DNA from: Blepharisma stoltei ATCC 30299
Lineage: Eukaryota; Protista; Ciliophora
Length of the DNA: 64,000 nt
Direction: 5' to 3'
Assembly (NCBI GenBank): GCA_965603825.1
Contig: CBFDEM010000021.1
Span: forward strand, 186,001 to 250,000
Shown here: piece after piece, positions 23,345 to 34,963 of the stretch
Numbering within the stretch: the stretch's first letter is position 1
How the letters are laid out: every line of letters begins with the position of its first letter
The notes under the pieces: generated by a model
What the model was told of the DNA's origin: nothing
The model's database searches: none
Seen by the model: only the letters and a program-made list of their open reading frames with translations
Program-made: the position numbers and the translations under genes

Positions 23345-26300
23345 ATGGATTCATCTTTGAGCGTTCGAACTCAGCATATTTTTGGGTTCAAAGGTGACAC
23401 TAATGGGTCGATCTATTACATTGACGACCATAGAGTCGTCTATACTGCAGGCCACAACGTCATTATTTACAGCATTGAAGACCGCAAGATGGAATTTTTC
23501 CCATGCCAAGAAGGCACTTTAGGGATTTCAGCTATTTCATTGTGCCCAAAACGGAGATATTTAGCAGTAGCTGAGCGCGCGGAGCGCGCTATTATCTTTG
23601 TTTATGACACTTCTAAGCAAAGAAAAAAACGGCCGCTCATTACAACTGACTGCTTATCACAAGAGTACATTTCGTTGGCTTTTGCCCCGAAACAAGAGAA
23701 AAAGTTTTTAATTTCGATGGGAGGCGCACCAGACTGGACATTGATTTATTGGCAGTGGGATAGACAAAAAGTTTTATACGCGGCCAAAGTTTCGACTGGA
23801 AGTCCTGTGTATTCTATAAGTTTCAATATCCTTGACTATGCAAATGGGATTATTTGTACCGGAAACAATATTTTTAGATGGTTTAAAGCTGTAGAAGGGT
23901 CTTTGAAAGCCCAAAACACCGGGATTCAAAAAAAAGAGCCACACGTGAGTAACAATTTTTTATGTCATTCGTGGCTATATGATGGGAAATTAGTTATTGG
24001 GACTGACGCAGGAGAAATTTTACTATTTGACCAGAACTGTGACTACCGAGGATATTTCACGTCAGGAATGGAGTCTTGGAGTCCTTTATGCATCTTACCA
24101 TTTAGTAATGGGTTTCTTGTAGGAGGCGAAGAAGCAAGGGTGGTGGTTTTTGAAAGAAATACAGACGACTTAAGGATGCATTATGCAAGAAGCCAGAGAT
24201 CTATTTGTGTGACAAATCAACCTACAGCCAAAGTGAAAGGGATGAGCATTTCCCCGAACAGTGAAGATACCTTGATTTTATCATTAGATAACTCTCAGAT
24301 TTATTCAATAGCTTTTTCTTCTGAAAGAGAAGAGGCAGAGCCGCTTTCTGATGTTTTTCATACAAATGCTATTACAGGGCTTGACGTGTGCATCAGAAAA
24401 CCATTGGTAGTTACTTGTGGGCTTGATAATTCAGTTAGAATTTGGAATTATTTAGAAAATAAGCTAGAAGTTGCGGAATATTTTAGTGAAGAGCCATATA
24501 GCGTGGCATTTCACCCAAGTGGGTTCCATATTGTGGTTGGGTTTGCAGACAAGCTAAGGATGATGAATGTGTTTACAAATGGAATAAAGCCATATAAAGA
24601 TATCCACATAAAAGCATGCAGAGAAATTAAATTCTGTAATGGTGGGCATATGTTTGCTGCTACAAATGGACATTTGATTCAGGTTTTTAATTTTTATACA
24701 GGAGAAAACCCTCCAAATATGCAATTCAAAGGGCACACTGGAAAAGTAAGCTCCTTAGACTGAAATGAAGATGATACAAGTTTAGTATCAACTGGCTGGG
24801 ATGGCGCTGTTTTTGAATGGAAATTATACTCTAAAGGTGAGCAGACTTCATCTCAAAAATACTCAAGAAAAGGTGCTAAATTCTCATGTATTATTGGAAC
24901 AACTGAAAATAGGCCAGAAGGGAGAATGCTTTATGTAGCTGGAAATGATAAAGATATTAAAGAAATTTCAGGAGAAACCTGCTTAAGAAGCTTAGATACT
25001 GGTGTCACAATTGGGCAGATCGCTCTTTCTCACTCAGGAAAGCTGCTATTTGCAGGTGTTGCTGAAGCAGAGAAGCCTGGCGCAATTCGAGCTTATAAAT
25101 TTGATCCATTTAACGGAGATTACATAGAATACCAAGCCCATTGTTTACCTATCGAAAGAATCCGAATTTCTTTTGACGACAACTTTTTATTCACTGTCGG
25201 ACAAGACGGCTGTTTAATTATTTTTGAAATCGAAGATAAAGATTTCCGAGTAATAAAAAGAGAAAAAGAAGGCTTCAATATTTTTGCCGAAGAAATTTTG
25301 GTAACTAAATCCGAAATCCAAGAGCTTTTCCACGAAATTGATAATTTAACTACCACAAGTAAAGAGCTTGAAACCAACAATAAAATGCAATATAACATGG
25401 CTTTAGAAGAAAAACAAGAAGAAATTGACAAGCTCAAGCAGCAAATCCACCAAGAATCTTTACAAGAAAAAGGAAGATACGAAAACCTGCTTTCAAATAA
25501 AAAAGAAATGGAAAACACTTATGAAGAAAGAATTATGCAGCTTCAGCAGCAGTTTGAGATAGAAAAACAAGAACTAAAAACGAATTTCCAATTTAAAAAA
25601 AATAAAGAAGTAGAAAGGTATCTTGAACTTTCGAAAGAAAGAGAAATAAGAGCTAAAGAAGCTGCAGAAAGAATAGAGAGGCTTAAAAGTGAGCATACAA
25701 AAGTCATGGCTGAAAGAGAAGAACAATTCAGAGAGAAATTAGAAGAAGTCAGAATGAAAATTGAGCAGCTTTCGAGAGAAAATGAAGACCAACAACAAGA
25801 TTTCGAAGCAAAATGCAAAAGATTTGAAGAAAGAAATGAAAGAGATTTATTTGAATTAAGGGAATTAAATATAAAAGAAATCCAAGGGATTAAGTTTGAT
25901 TGTGATACTGCTGATGCTGAGCTGAATTTAGCAAAAAAGGTAGAAGAAAGGCTTAAAGAAGAAAAAAATAAAAAAGCTGAAGAAGCCAAACAGATGGACG
26001 ATGAGCTGGAACGGCAAAGAGAAGACATAAAACAGCTAAATGAGCTGATAAAGCAAAATACTAAAGAAATAAAAATCAGAAAGAAAACGATCAAGGAAAA
26101 AGAAAGAAGAATTTATGAACTGCGCAAGAAAAACCAAGAACTTGAAAAATTCAGATTTGTGCTTGATTATAAAATTAGAGAGCTTAAAAGAGACATCGGA
26201 CCTAGAGAAGACGAAATTTCAAGGCTAAAAGAGCAGACCAATGAAATGGAAAAAGAGCTTAAACATTTAGAAAGCGTCAATGAAAAACTTGGGATTTTAG

Positions 26301-26881
26301 TCGAAAACTTGAGGCTTCGACAAGACGGCATGCAGAATGAAATCACAAAACAGAGAGAAAAACTCAGGAAAAACCAAGCCAGAATACAAGCTTTTAAAGA
26401 TGGGATCTATGACTGTGTACAGTATATTCAAGAAGAGAAAAAGCTTAAAGAAGCAGTTCTCAAGCTTTATGAGAAATTTGTAAGAAATGAGACACAGACT
26501 AAAGGAGTCACGACAGAAAAAGAGTATGTAAGGCAGTGTAACCACTTAGAATCAACCATTACAGGGCTGAGAAAAAAGCTTAAAAAGGTAAATAAAGTCC
26601 ACCATCAAGATTTAATCAGAATTATGAACCAAAATGTGGAACTTATTAATGAAATCAATGGCCTGAGGAAAGAACTGAAATTTTTGAACTATTTGAAGAG
26701 GCAGGTTGATGCACTCAACCAAAAAGGAGGGAAAAAAGCAATAATTGAGGATGTGACCAAAAAGGAAATAGAAATGCAGAAAGAAGAAATTCAGAATTTA
26801 AAAAGAAAATTGAGCGAGTTGGAGACAGGAAGACCACCGTCTAACGGAAGATTTTCAGAAGAAATGAACTCCTTTTCTTAA
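23345..26881 (+). CDS. CFAP57: Cilia- and flagella-associated protein 57 (WD40 + coiled coil), 1178 aa
   Basis: TGA 24761-24763=Trp joins ORFs; GLDVCIRKPL, AFHPSG..VGFADKLR, LEKFRFVLDYKIRELK. Confidence 0.95.
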
Positions 26882-27161
26882 TGAAATATATTTCTTTATA
26901 AATTTAAAGATATCTAGTTTTAATAATCTTGCGAATTATTTTTATTAGGATTTTTATAACTGAGAGCAATAAAAATTATAATAATAGCATTGGCTAAATG
27001 CTAATTTTTCAGCACTTTCTTTCATAAACCTCCTCCCCTTCAGTCTTTTCTCTATGCTCTTCTTCAGATTGCATTTGATAAATTTGCCTATAAAGGCACT
27101 GCTTAATTTAAATTTGAGCAAAAATTATAAACTTTAGTAGTTATCTACATTATTAATATAT

Positions 27162-28088
27162 TTATATCACCGTCGCAGATTTCATCCCGCGCCTTGCGTT
27201 TTCTCGTTCTATCATTGCAGACCTCGGTTCCTTTGCTTTTTCTCCTAAAAATCTCTTTTCATATATTTCCCACACTTTGGCAAAACACGTTTCCTGCATT
27301 TTTTTCCCAGTCAATTCTTCTAATTCCAAAGGCCATACACACCTTATATCGACAGCCTTCCTCGCAGCTGCTATACAAGCGCAGGCTATATTTTCTGGTG
27401 TGTATTGAGTTAGCTCATACTCTTGAAGGCACATTTCAACGAAAAAATCTGCATATCTATTAACGTATTTGACAGTTTTCTCATTTAAGTGTTTGCCTCT
27501 CATAAGGTCAGAAGTATATACAATTCCGTGGGCGATATAATACTGTACAAACTGATAAGGTGTTATGACAGCCACTTCCCATTTCAAAGCAGCCAGAAGT
27601 TCTAGTTCCATCCTTCGCAAAGTAGCGGTTGGGTGTTTGCTGTATTTAATTAAGCTCCTAAACCTAGGGATATAATTGTCAGATTCCTCAGATTTGGCTG
27701 CTACAAATAGCGAGACCAAGCTGAGAGACTGAAGACTGCTTGTAGGAAAGTCCTTGGCAGCCAAGGCACTATCAAAAAGGGCGACGGCAACCTGAATCGT
27801 TAAGGCTGAAAAGTTGAGGCCTTCCCCAACGTGGCACATTCAGTCCACAAGCACGCTGCGATACTATATAAAGTTTACCTTTAAATAGGAAGCAGAAGGG
27901 TTGTAGCGACGGGTGAACTTGGAGTTTCTATAAGTGCTAATCAAAAGCTGGGGATGCACCCCAAGAGGAGCAGAATTTGGGGTTTCTCTGATTGAACTAG
28001 CTCCAGTTGAGGGCAGAAACGCTCCACAAATTTTGCAGGCTTTCCAACCTTCGTAGTCGTGAGGATTGCAGATATGAATTTCGGTCAT
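27162..28088 (-). CDS. Cyclin (cyclin N/C boxes), one 15-nt intron
   Basis: YLK|YRSVLVDW(TGA)M after removing intron 27864-27878; SLFVAAKSEE, MELELLAALKWEV..ITP. Confidence 0.9.
27864..27878 (-). other. 15-nt intron GTAAACTTTATATAG
   Basis: Removal restores the cyclin-box R..LVDW motif. Confidence 0.9.
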
Positions 28089-28136
28089 TTAATTTAATTT
28101 TTACCAGCAATAAAATTGATTAAATATGGCATAATA

Positions 28137-29243
28137 TTATTGGGATATACACACATTTCCACACTGTTCTGCATATACGTCACTAGCCATCGTTCTTAAG
28201 CTGTTTATTTCATTTTTCACCTGGCTGAGGGCTACTTGTATGTTCAGATTTTGTGGGATTTCATACTGCTTGGCTAGAAGCTGCACAAGGTTGACGCCTT
28301 CTTTTTTTTGGTAACACTTGACAAGGTGGGAAAGCTTGATTAATTCGTTATAGACTTCAAATAGTTCTTCTGCATTTTGGGCAAGAATTTTGGAGGATTC
28401 TGAGGTAGTTCTGTTTATTTTTTGCTGGTTTTGGAGCTCTTGTTTTAGCTGTGTGTTTTGAGAAAGAAGGGTGTCTTGGATGCCTTCCAGCTCTTTTATC
28501 TGGCCTTGGAGGACTAAATAATCATTTTTGCTGATTCCAAATCGCTTGTAGCTTTGGATTTCTTTTTCGAGCTCTAAATTTTTAGCAAGTACTTCGCTGT
28601 TTTCTTTATCAATAAGAGAAAGCTCTTTTATTTTTTTCTTTTCCTGTTCTAATATTTTGTTTTGGATTCTTAAATCGTGCCTTTCTAATTCTAGCTGCTG
28701 CAAAATCCTTTCGTTTTCTTGGACTTTTTCAGTGATTTCTTTATTTTCTTGGTAAATTTTCCCTTGGATCTCAAGCTCTTTAGCTTTGATCATATCAAGC
28801 AGCTTTCTGTTTTCCATAATTTTTTCTCTAATTTGGTCATCAATGCGGTCATTCTCCTTGCGTTTTGGCGCTTCACATTGCCTGAACGAAATGTTTTCTT
28901 CCTCTTCAAAGTCCATGAAAAATTCTTTTTTTCCCGCATCTCGATCATTTAATTTATTTCCTTCAAAATTTGGTTTATTGTAATTTTCTCTGCCAATATC
29001 GTGGATTTTTTGATTATTTTCAGCTGAAAAATAATTAGAAATTGGGATCACCATATTCAGGTTTTCTTTGAGAATCAAAGAATCGTGCTTTGCATGTTTT
29101 ACTGCAGAATTAGGAGTCTCGTTTGGAGATGGATATGGGCTTTTATATTTGGAGTGACTTGAAGGGGGGCGAGAGCGAGGTTTGTGGGATGAAAGCTCTC
29201 TTGAACGAGGAGATGCACTAGTTCCTCTCATAAAGCTTGCCAT
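28137..29243 (-). CDS. Coiled-coil protein with CEP85-like C-terminus
   Basis: Long coiled coil ending LRTMASDVYAEQCGNVCISQ. Confidence 0.75.
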   Translation of the reverse strand: MASFMRGTSASPRSRELSSHKPRSRPPSSHSKYKSPYPSPNETPNSAVKHAKHDSLILKENLNMVIPISNYFSAENNQKIHDIGRENYNKPNFEGNKLNDRDAGKKEFFMDFEEEENISFRQCEAPKRKENDRIDDQIREKIMENRKLLDMIKAKELEIQGKIYQENKEITEKVQENERILQQLELERHDLRIQNKILEQEKKKIKELSLIDKENSEVLAKNLELEKEIQSYKRFGISKNDYLVLQGQIKELEGIQDTLLSQNTQLKQELQNQQKINRTTSESSKILAQNAEELFEVYNELIKLSHLVKCYQKKEGVNLVQLLAKQYEIPQNLNIQVALSQVKNEINSLRTMASDVYAEQCGNVCISQ

Positions 29244-29400
29244 TTAAATTTAATTCATGGAGGTTTTTATTAACGAACTTCAAAGATATTAGAAAATCGT
29301 CAAAATTAATGTATTTATTTTTCCTAAATTAAGGTTTAATAAGAATTTGTTCTAAAATATAGATATAACAATATTTATTAGTTTTCAAATAATTAATAGC

Positions 29401-29850
29401 TTATTTAGACATCATCACCCTAATGAAGTCTCTATAATTGATATTACCTTCCCCATCAGGATTTGCCAAGCGTACCATTTTTTGTATTTCTTCGTCAGTC
29501 AAATTCTCTCCACATGTCGACATTAAATGCTTTAGCCTTTTAAGTGAAATCATTCCTTTTTTTCTTTCATCAAGTTCTTCAAAAGCGCCTAGAATTTCTT
29601 GCTCAGAAATAGGATCTCTCTGGTATTTTGCAAAAATTGCTAGGAATTCTGGATAGTCGATTCTTCCGGTACTATTTGGGTCTGCTTCTCTTTTCATATT
29701 CTCGATTTCTGCTTCAGTTGGAGTTTGTCCAAGCGATCTGATAATAATTGCCATTTCGTCTAGGCTTATTGTCCCAGCTCCGTTCTTATCAAATAAAGAA
29801 AACGTTTCTTTGATTTCAGCTATCTGCTCCACAGTCAGTCGATCTACCAT
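29401..29850 (-). CDS. Divergent calmodulin-like EF-hand protein, 149 aa
   Basis: MVDRLTVEQIAEIKETFSLFDKNGAGTI..RSLGQTPTEAE; later EF loops degenerate. Confidence 0.9.
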   Translation of the reverse strand: MVDRLTVEQIAEIKETFSLFDKNGAGTISLDEMAIIIRSLGQTPTEAEIENMKREADPNSTGRIDYPEFLAIFAKYQRDPISEQEILGAFEELDERKKGMISLKRLKHLMSTCGENLTDEEIQKMVRLANPDGEGNINYRDFIRVMMSK

Positions 29851-29982
29851 TTTCACTTAAATTATCTTGAAATACGAAGAATTTCATTAAATTCTTAGAA
29901 AAATACGCTTTTCTGTCTATTTACAAAATAAAAAAATAATTTTCATATGTAAAACTTACAGCAAGAATTATTAAATATTGAA

Positions 29983-30948
29983 ATGGAAGAACGAAAATCA
30001 CGCCGCCCCAAAGATAACGCGCTGAAGCAGCAAAGATTATGAGCATATCAGCCTATTCATACACTCAAATCGACTGTGATTGTTTTATCTGTCAGTGGAA
30101 CTCTTTTTTTCATTTTTGGGATTGTTTTATATGTGGAGGCTGACCAAGTAAAAGAATACTCAGAAAGATATGACAATCATATAGGCTGCAATGGGACTTG
30201 AGATAAGCCTGCGACCTGTGAAATTGAAATAGATATCGACGACCGTATGGAAAATCCAGTATACATTTATTATCAACTTTATAACTTTTACCAGAATTAC
30301 AGACTTTATGTGAAATCGCGGTCTTATGTACAGCTGAGAGGCGATTCCATGACTTCTACAGAGCACGCAAAGTGCTCTCCTATAAAAAAAGTAAAAGATT
30401 TAGACCTGAAAAGGGACGTTTCATGGAAAAATACGCCACTTTCTGAGAGTCAAGATGCCAATCCCTGTGGACTAGTCGCGAAAAGCGTTTTCAATGACAC
30501 ATATGCCCTATATTACAGTGAAAATACGACAAGAATCAATATTTCAGAAAAAGATATCGCATGGAAGTCTGATAGAGATTATATGTTTAAAAGAACCAGC
30601 GACTATGAAGATTCTGAATGGATTGATGTAGAAGATGAACATTTTATTGTCTGGATGAGGAATGCACCTATGCCAACTTTCAGAAAATTGTGGGGGATTA
30701 TAAAGCAAGATTTAGAATCTGGAGTCTACAGGCTCCAAATAAAGGATAATTATGATGTATCAAGATGGAGCGGAGAAAAACACATTGTCTTTAGCACTGC
30801 TAATTCACTTGGAGGAAAAAATTACTTTTTAGGGCTTGTATTTTTAAGTGCAGGAGGCATGTGTGTCGTTGCGATCATTTTCTTTTGCGGGATGAGCATG
30901 TTTTCAAAGAAAAAAGTTATTGATCCTGCCCATCTTAAATGGAAATAA
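29983..30948 (+). CDS. CDC50: CDC50/LEM3 P4-ATPase flippase beta subunit, 321 aa
   Basis: KQQRLW(TGA)AYQP, TM1, YYQLYNFYQN.R.YVKSR, PCGLVA.S.FND, EHFIVWMR, LGGKN+TM2. Confidence 0.95.
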
Positions 30949-30957
30949 TTTTATATA

Positions 30958-32229
30958 TTATAATCTTAATATTGGTATCCTTGACGGTCTTTTCTCTTTT
31001 ACAGGCCTTGCAGGCACTTTTACAACTGGTTTTACTGTAGTTTTTTGCAAATATTTATCAAAATCTATCAGCGCGCTTTCTTCGATTCTGAGATTCTCTA
31101 ACGAAGAATCAGTCAGAATTTGTTTTTCTGCAAATTCTAGCTTGTTGCTTAACAAATCTTCTTCTTTTATATGCGATTTCAAGCTCATTGATAAAGATTT
31201 AGCATGCTTTCTTGGCGGTATCTGGAGTAATTTTTTACTGCTCAGCATTGTGCTGTTTATTTCCTGATTTAATTTGGCAAGTCTATTATTATAAGACTCG
31301 ACCTCGCTTGACCCAGTTTCTACATCTTCAATATTATAGGACGGAGAAAGTAATGCGGATAAGTTGCCTGATCTGCAGGTTGAAGGAATTTCAAGCTTTA
31401 TTTGTGTATTGTGTTTTGGCTTACTTCGGAATAATGGATTAGATTTATATGAGTGATTCTGCACAAGCTCTGTTGTGAATGATAAAAGAATAAGAATTGC
31501 TTGGTTTCATTGCTCTGAACGGAGAAGTTCATTGAAATGGTTGGGATATATGTTTGACTTAGCGAATAATAGACTTATATCATGGTTTTTTTGGATTTCG
31601 TAAATCATTTTGCTGCTTTTTTCTATAATTTCGGTATATATTAAGGGGTTTTCATCTGATAATGTACAGCTATTGCAGTTGCTTCTGCTGTTTTGAAGAT
31701 CATCTTTTAGCGCGCTGTTTGTTTTCATTAATTTTTTTCATATTTTCTCCTTTTCTCCTTTTTCTTTACTGTAGAAGCTTTTTTCTAAATTTTGAATTTG
31801 CTCTTTTAATCTTCCAATTTCTTCATCTTTATGTCCTATAACCCTTTTCAAATTTTCAAAATCATCGAAAATTGCATTTATTTTTTCCATTTTCACCTCA
31901 AGTTTATCTTTATCTTTTGAAACTTGCTCCAAAGACTTCACCAGCTCACTATTTTTTCTCTCAAGATTTTCATAAGAAGAAGCAAGTGTTTTTAAAGCAT
32001 TTTTAAGCTTTTTTTTATCAGATCTTAATCGAGATATCACGTTTCTTGCTTTAGCCATGTCATTATGAATATTAACTAAAAATTCTTTCTCTACCTCTGA
32101 ATTGTTTAATTTTCAAGTGTCGCTACTTCTATCTTTATCCATCAAACTTTCTGACAGCTTCGTCTTTAAAGAGTTAGTATCTGAAGGTGACCTAAGGTGT
32201 ATGCATGAGTAATGCCTTCCTTTTTGCAT
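30958..32229 (-). CDS. Hypothetical coiled-coil protein, 423 aa
   Basis: Three ORF-track fragments form one frame with 3 TGA=Trp. Confidence 0.8.
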
Positions 32230-32290
32230 TTAAATTGGTTTGTTAAATAATAATTTACAAATAGAAAAAAATAGCGCTAAATAGAGCAAG

Positions 32291-33268
32291 ATGACAACAC
32301 AAATTCTAAACGACGGTATTGATTTTTTTAGGGAGAAATTTGTTGGGTATCTTACCTTAACTTTGAAAGAGAAATATGGTTCTCAATGGATGGATTGTGC
32401 TTTAAATCCTCCAGGTCAAGATTCATTAATGTCAGGAAGAAAGAACTCAGAGAGATGGGATATACAGTTTTCCTCACAAATATTTCATGCTCATTGGGAT
32501 TCTCTTTACAAAGATAAAGTTGATGGCAAATTCCCCAAAGCCTTGATGACATTAATAAAGTTTTATAGAAATGAGTGAGCTCATCAAAGCGCATTAGGGA
32601 ATAGAGAAGTTTATAGAGCGATTGATGCAATGCAATGAATGCTAGAATCACTTAAAGTTGACGCAGGATTACTAGAAAACAGCAGAAATAATTTAATGCT
32701 AGAAATGTGCAGACAAAGCCCATATCTACAAATGGAAGCAAAAGTAAAAGCTGATAATAGCGCAGCAAAAATTTTGTCTCACAATCGAAGTGATCCTAGA
32801 AAAATTCAAGCTGAAGTCAAGCCTGCAATTGAGACAAAAAAATTGACATATACAATTATAGATAAAGCTCCAGAAGAAAAACGAGAAATTTATGACATAA
32901 AAGAAATTAAAAAACAAGTTGAGCCAATTTATTATGTCCCTCAAAATCAGCCAATTGGAATTGACCAAACACAAAATTTAGCACACCAAAATATTTATGC
33001 AAACATAGGATCATATAATCCTACTATGTCTACGAGTCAGCCTTTAGTTTTTACATGTATGGCTTGCAGCAGTGCAATTAACGAGACTCAAAAATATACT
33101 TGTTATGGTCATAACTGCATAGTATGCACTAATTGCTTGGTGAAAGTGTATCAATATCATGGCGTTTTTGCTTGTCCAAGATGCCAAACTCCTTTGACTG
33201 AAAACGATCAGCAATACTTGCAAAGCCTTTTTAATGCTAACTATCATGCTAACTTTTATGAAAAATAA
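32291..33268 (+). CDS. Swt1-like HEPN domain + C-terminal RING-like zinc finger, 325 aa
   Basis: WDIQ...HWDSLYK...FYRNEW(TGA)AHQ...EVYRAIDAMQW(TGA)MLE; CMAC...CYGHNCIVCTNC...CPRC. Confidence 0.8.
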
Positions 33269-33292
33269 TAAATAAGCATTGAATTTATAATT

Positions 33293-34843
33293 TTATGCGC
33301 TTTCTTCACTACTTTCTTCAGCTAAACTTTCGTCTTCACTACCCTCAGTTGATTGAGAATTCTCTTCGCTATTCTGCTCAGTTGTGCTTGTGTCAGTTGA
33401 AGAGCTATCTACGGCCTCTTCTTCTTCTTCACTTTCTGTGCTTTCAGTGCTTTCAGTGCTCTCAGTGCTCTCTGTGCTTTCTGCTTGCTCTTCTTCAGAC
33501 TCCTCTTCTTCACTGCTATCTTCTGCTGATACTGAATCTGCTCCTGTTTCTTCCTCTTCGCTAACCTCAGCGTCTTCATCGGTAGCAGTTTCTGCTGTAT
33601 CTTCTTCAGCACTTTCTTCATTTGAATAATCAACTTCATCTGCAAGCTCAATTGCTTCATCAATGGTGTTTCCAAGATTATCAACACTTTGTGAAAGCTC
33701 ATTGATTTCTTCTGTTAAATGCTCATCTGCATCTTCCAAAGACTGCAAAATAGCATCTTCATACATATCGATTTCTTCATTGACTGTATCGGTCCTATTC
33801 TGAATTATTTCACTTGTCTCGTCTGTCACTGTTTCTGTTGCTTCATCCCATAATGCTTCCTGGAAGTCTTTTTCATCTTCTGTTTCAGCTTCATACAGCA
33901 TATCAACATCTTCTGCTAGTCCATCCAAATTATTTTCCACGTAAATATCTTCAGGCTCTGTGTCAAGTCCAGCCTGAGCATTATCCAATATTTCTTCTTT
34001 TTCATCTTCAAGTCCTTCTATTTTAGTCTCTATAACAGCTTTATCTTTTTTTAGGTCATTTATTTTACTTTCTAAGTCCTGGACTTTTTCCGATTCCGAA
34101 TCTTCACTACTATAATAACTCGTCGAGTCCCCTGATGAGCTTGACTGTACAGGACACTCGCTTTGTGACTCTGAATCCGCATGATAATAAAATGAGGGAT
34201 GGCAGCTTCCTGTATCTTCCCCAGTCCCTACAAGGCAATAATATCCATTTTGACACCATCCACAATTTGAATCCAACAAGCAACTAGAGCAGCTTGTATA
34301 CCCATCACATGCATCATTGGCGCATTCCCCATACTCAAAGCTCTCACATTCTTCTTTATCAGGCCCTGAAGAGTCTCCATCCACACAAAGCTGCTCAGAA
34401 CTGCACCATACACAGCTTGTAAAAGCAGTGCACGCTGAGCATGACGTGTATTCGTCACAGTCTTTTTTATATTTTTCAAGTTCTTCTTCTAGCTCATCTA
34501 TATCGTGATTAATTCAAAACAGCTCATTTTCAAGATCTGAAATTTCACCATCAATTAAAGATGTAGAGAGCTGTGCATTCATGGTGATGGTAGAATCAAG
34601 CTGGTCATTTGTTGATTTTATTGCTGAGTCCAGCTGTACTGAAAGATCTGATAAGTTTTCATTGACTTTTTCAACACCGTCTGCAAGTTTTCCTAAGCTT
34701 GTTTTTGGTTCATATTTAGAAGACGTTTCTGAGGTTTCTGCTTGTAAAAAAGATAAAAATTCTTGTGGGTTATGAGTAGAGGTGGAAGAAACAAAATATG
34801 ATGCAAGATATAGAATGAGGAGGCATGCTTTTATTGTTTTCAT
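33293..34843 (-). CDS. Secreted protein with two PSI-like Cys repeats, coiled coils and acidic tail, 516 aa
   Basis: Signal peptide MKTIKACLLILYLA; TGA 34514-34516=Trp; CDEYTSCSACTAFTSCVWC and CDGYTSCSSCLLDSNCGWC. Confidence 0.82.
33432..33483. repeat. 9-bp coding tandem repeat (STE)n, about 5.5 copies
   Basis: ctttctgtg ctttcagtg ctttcagtg ctctcagtg ctctctgtg. Confidence 0.85.
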
Positions 34844-34963
34844 AGCCGTTTTATAAATTGGGGTATAAGAAAGAAACATCTTTTAAATCAGGATAGTTTA
34901 TATGATAAATACTTAGGGTTGCTTATGGGTTTATTGAATATTTTTATATAAATTAAATACTAA

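Noticed and set aside
25120-26545. Many 60-180 aa antisense or alternate-frame ORFs in the track
   Set aside because: Shadows of real genes, with low-complexity F/S/L composition mirroring E/K-rich sense proteins
26983-27100. Small hairpins between CFAP57 and the cyclin gene
   Set aside because: 5-6 bp stems are common in AT-rich DNA; no tRNA or SECIS features
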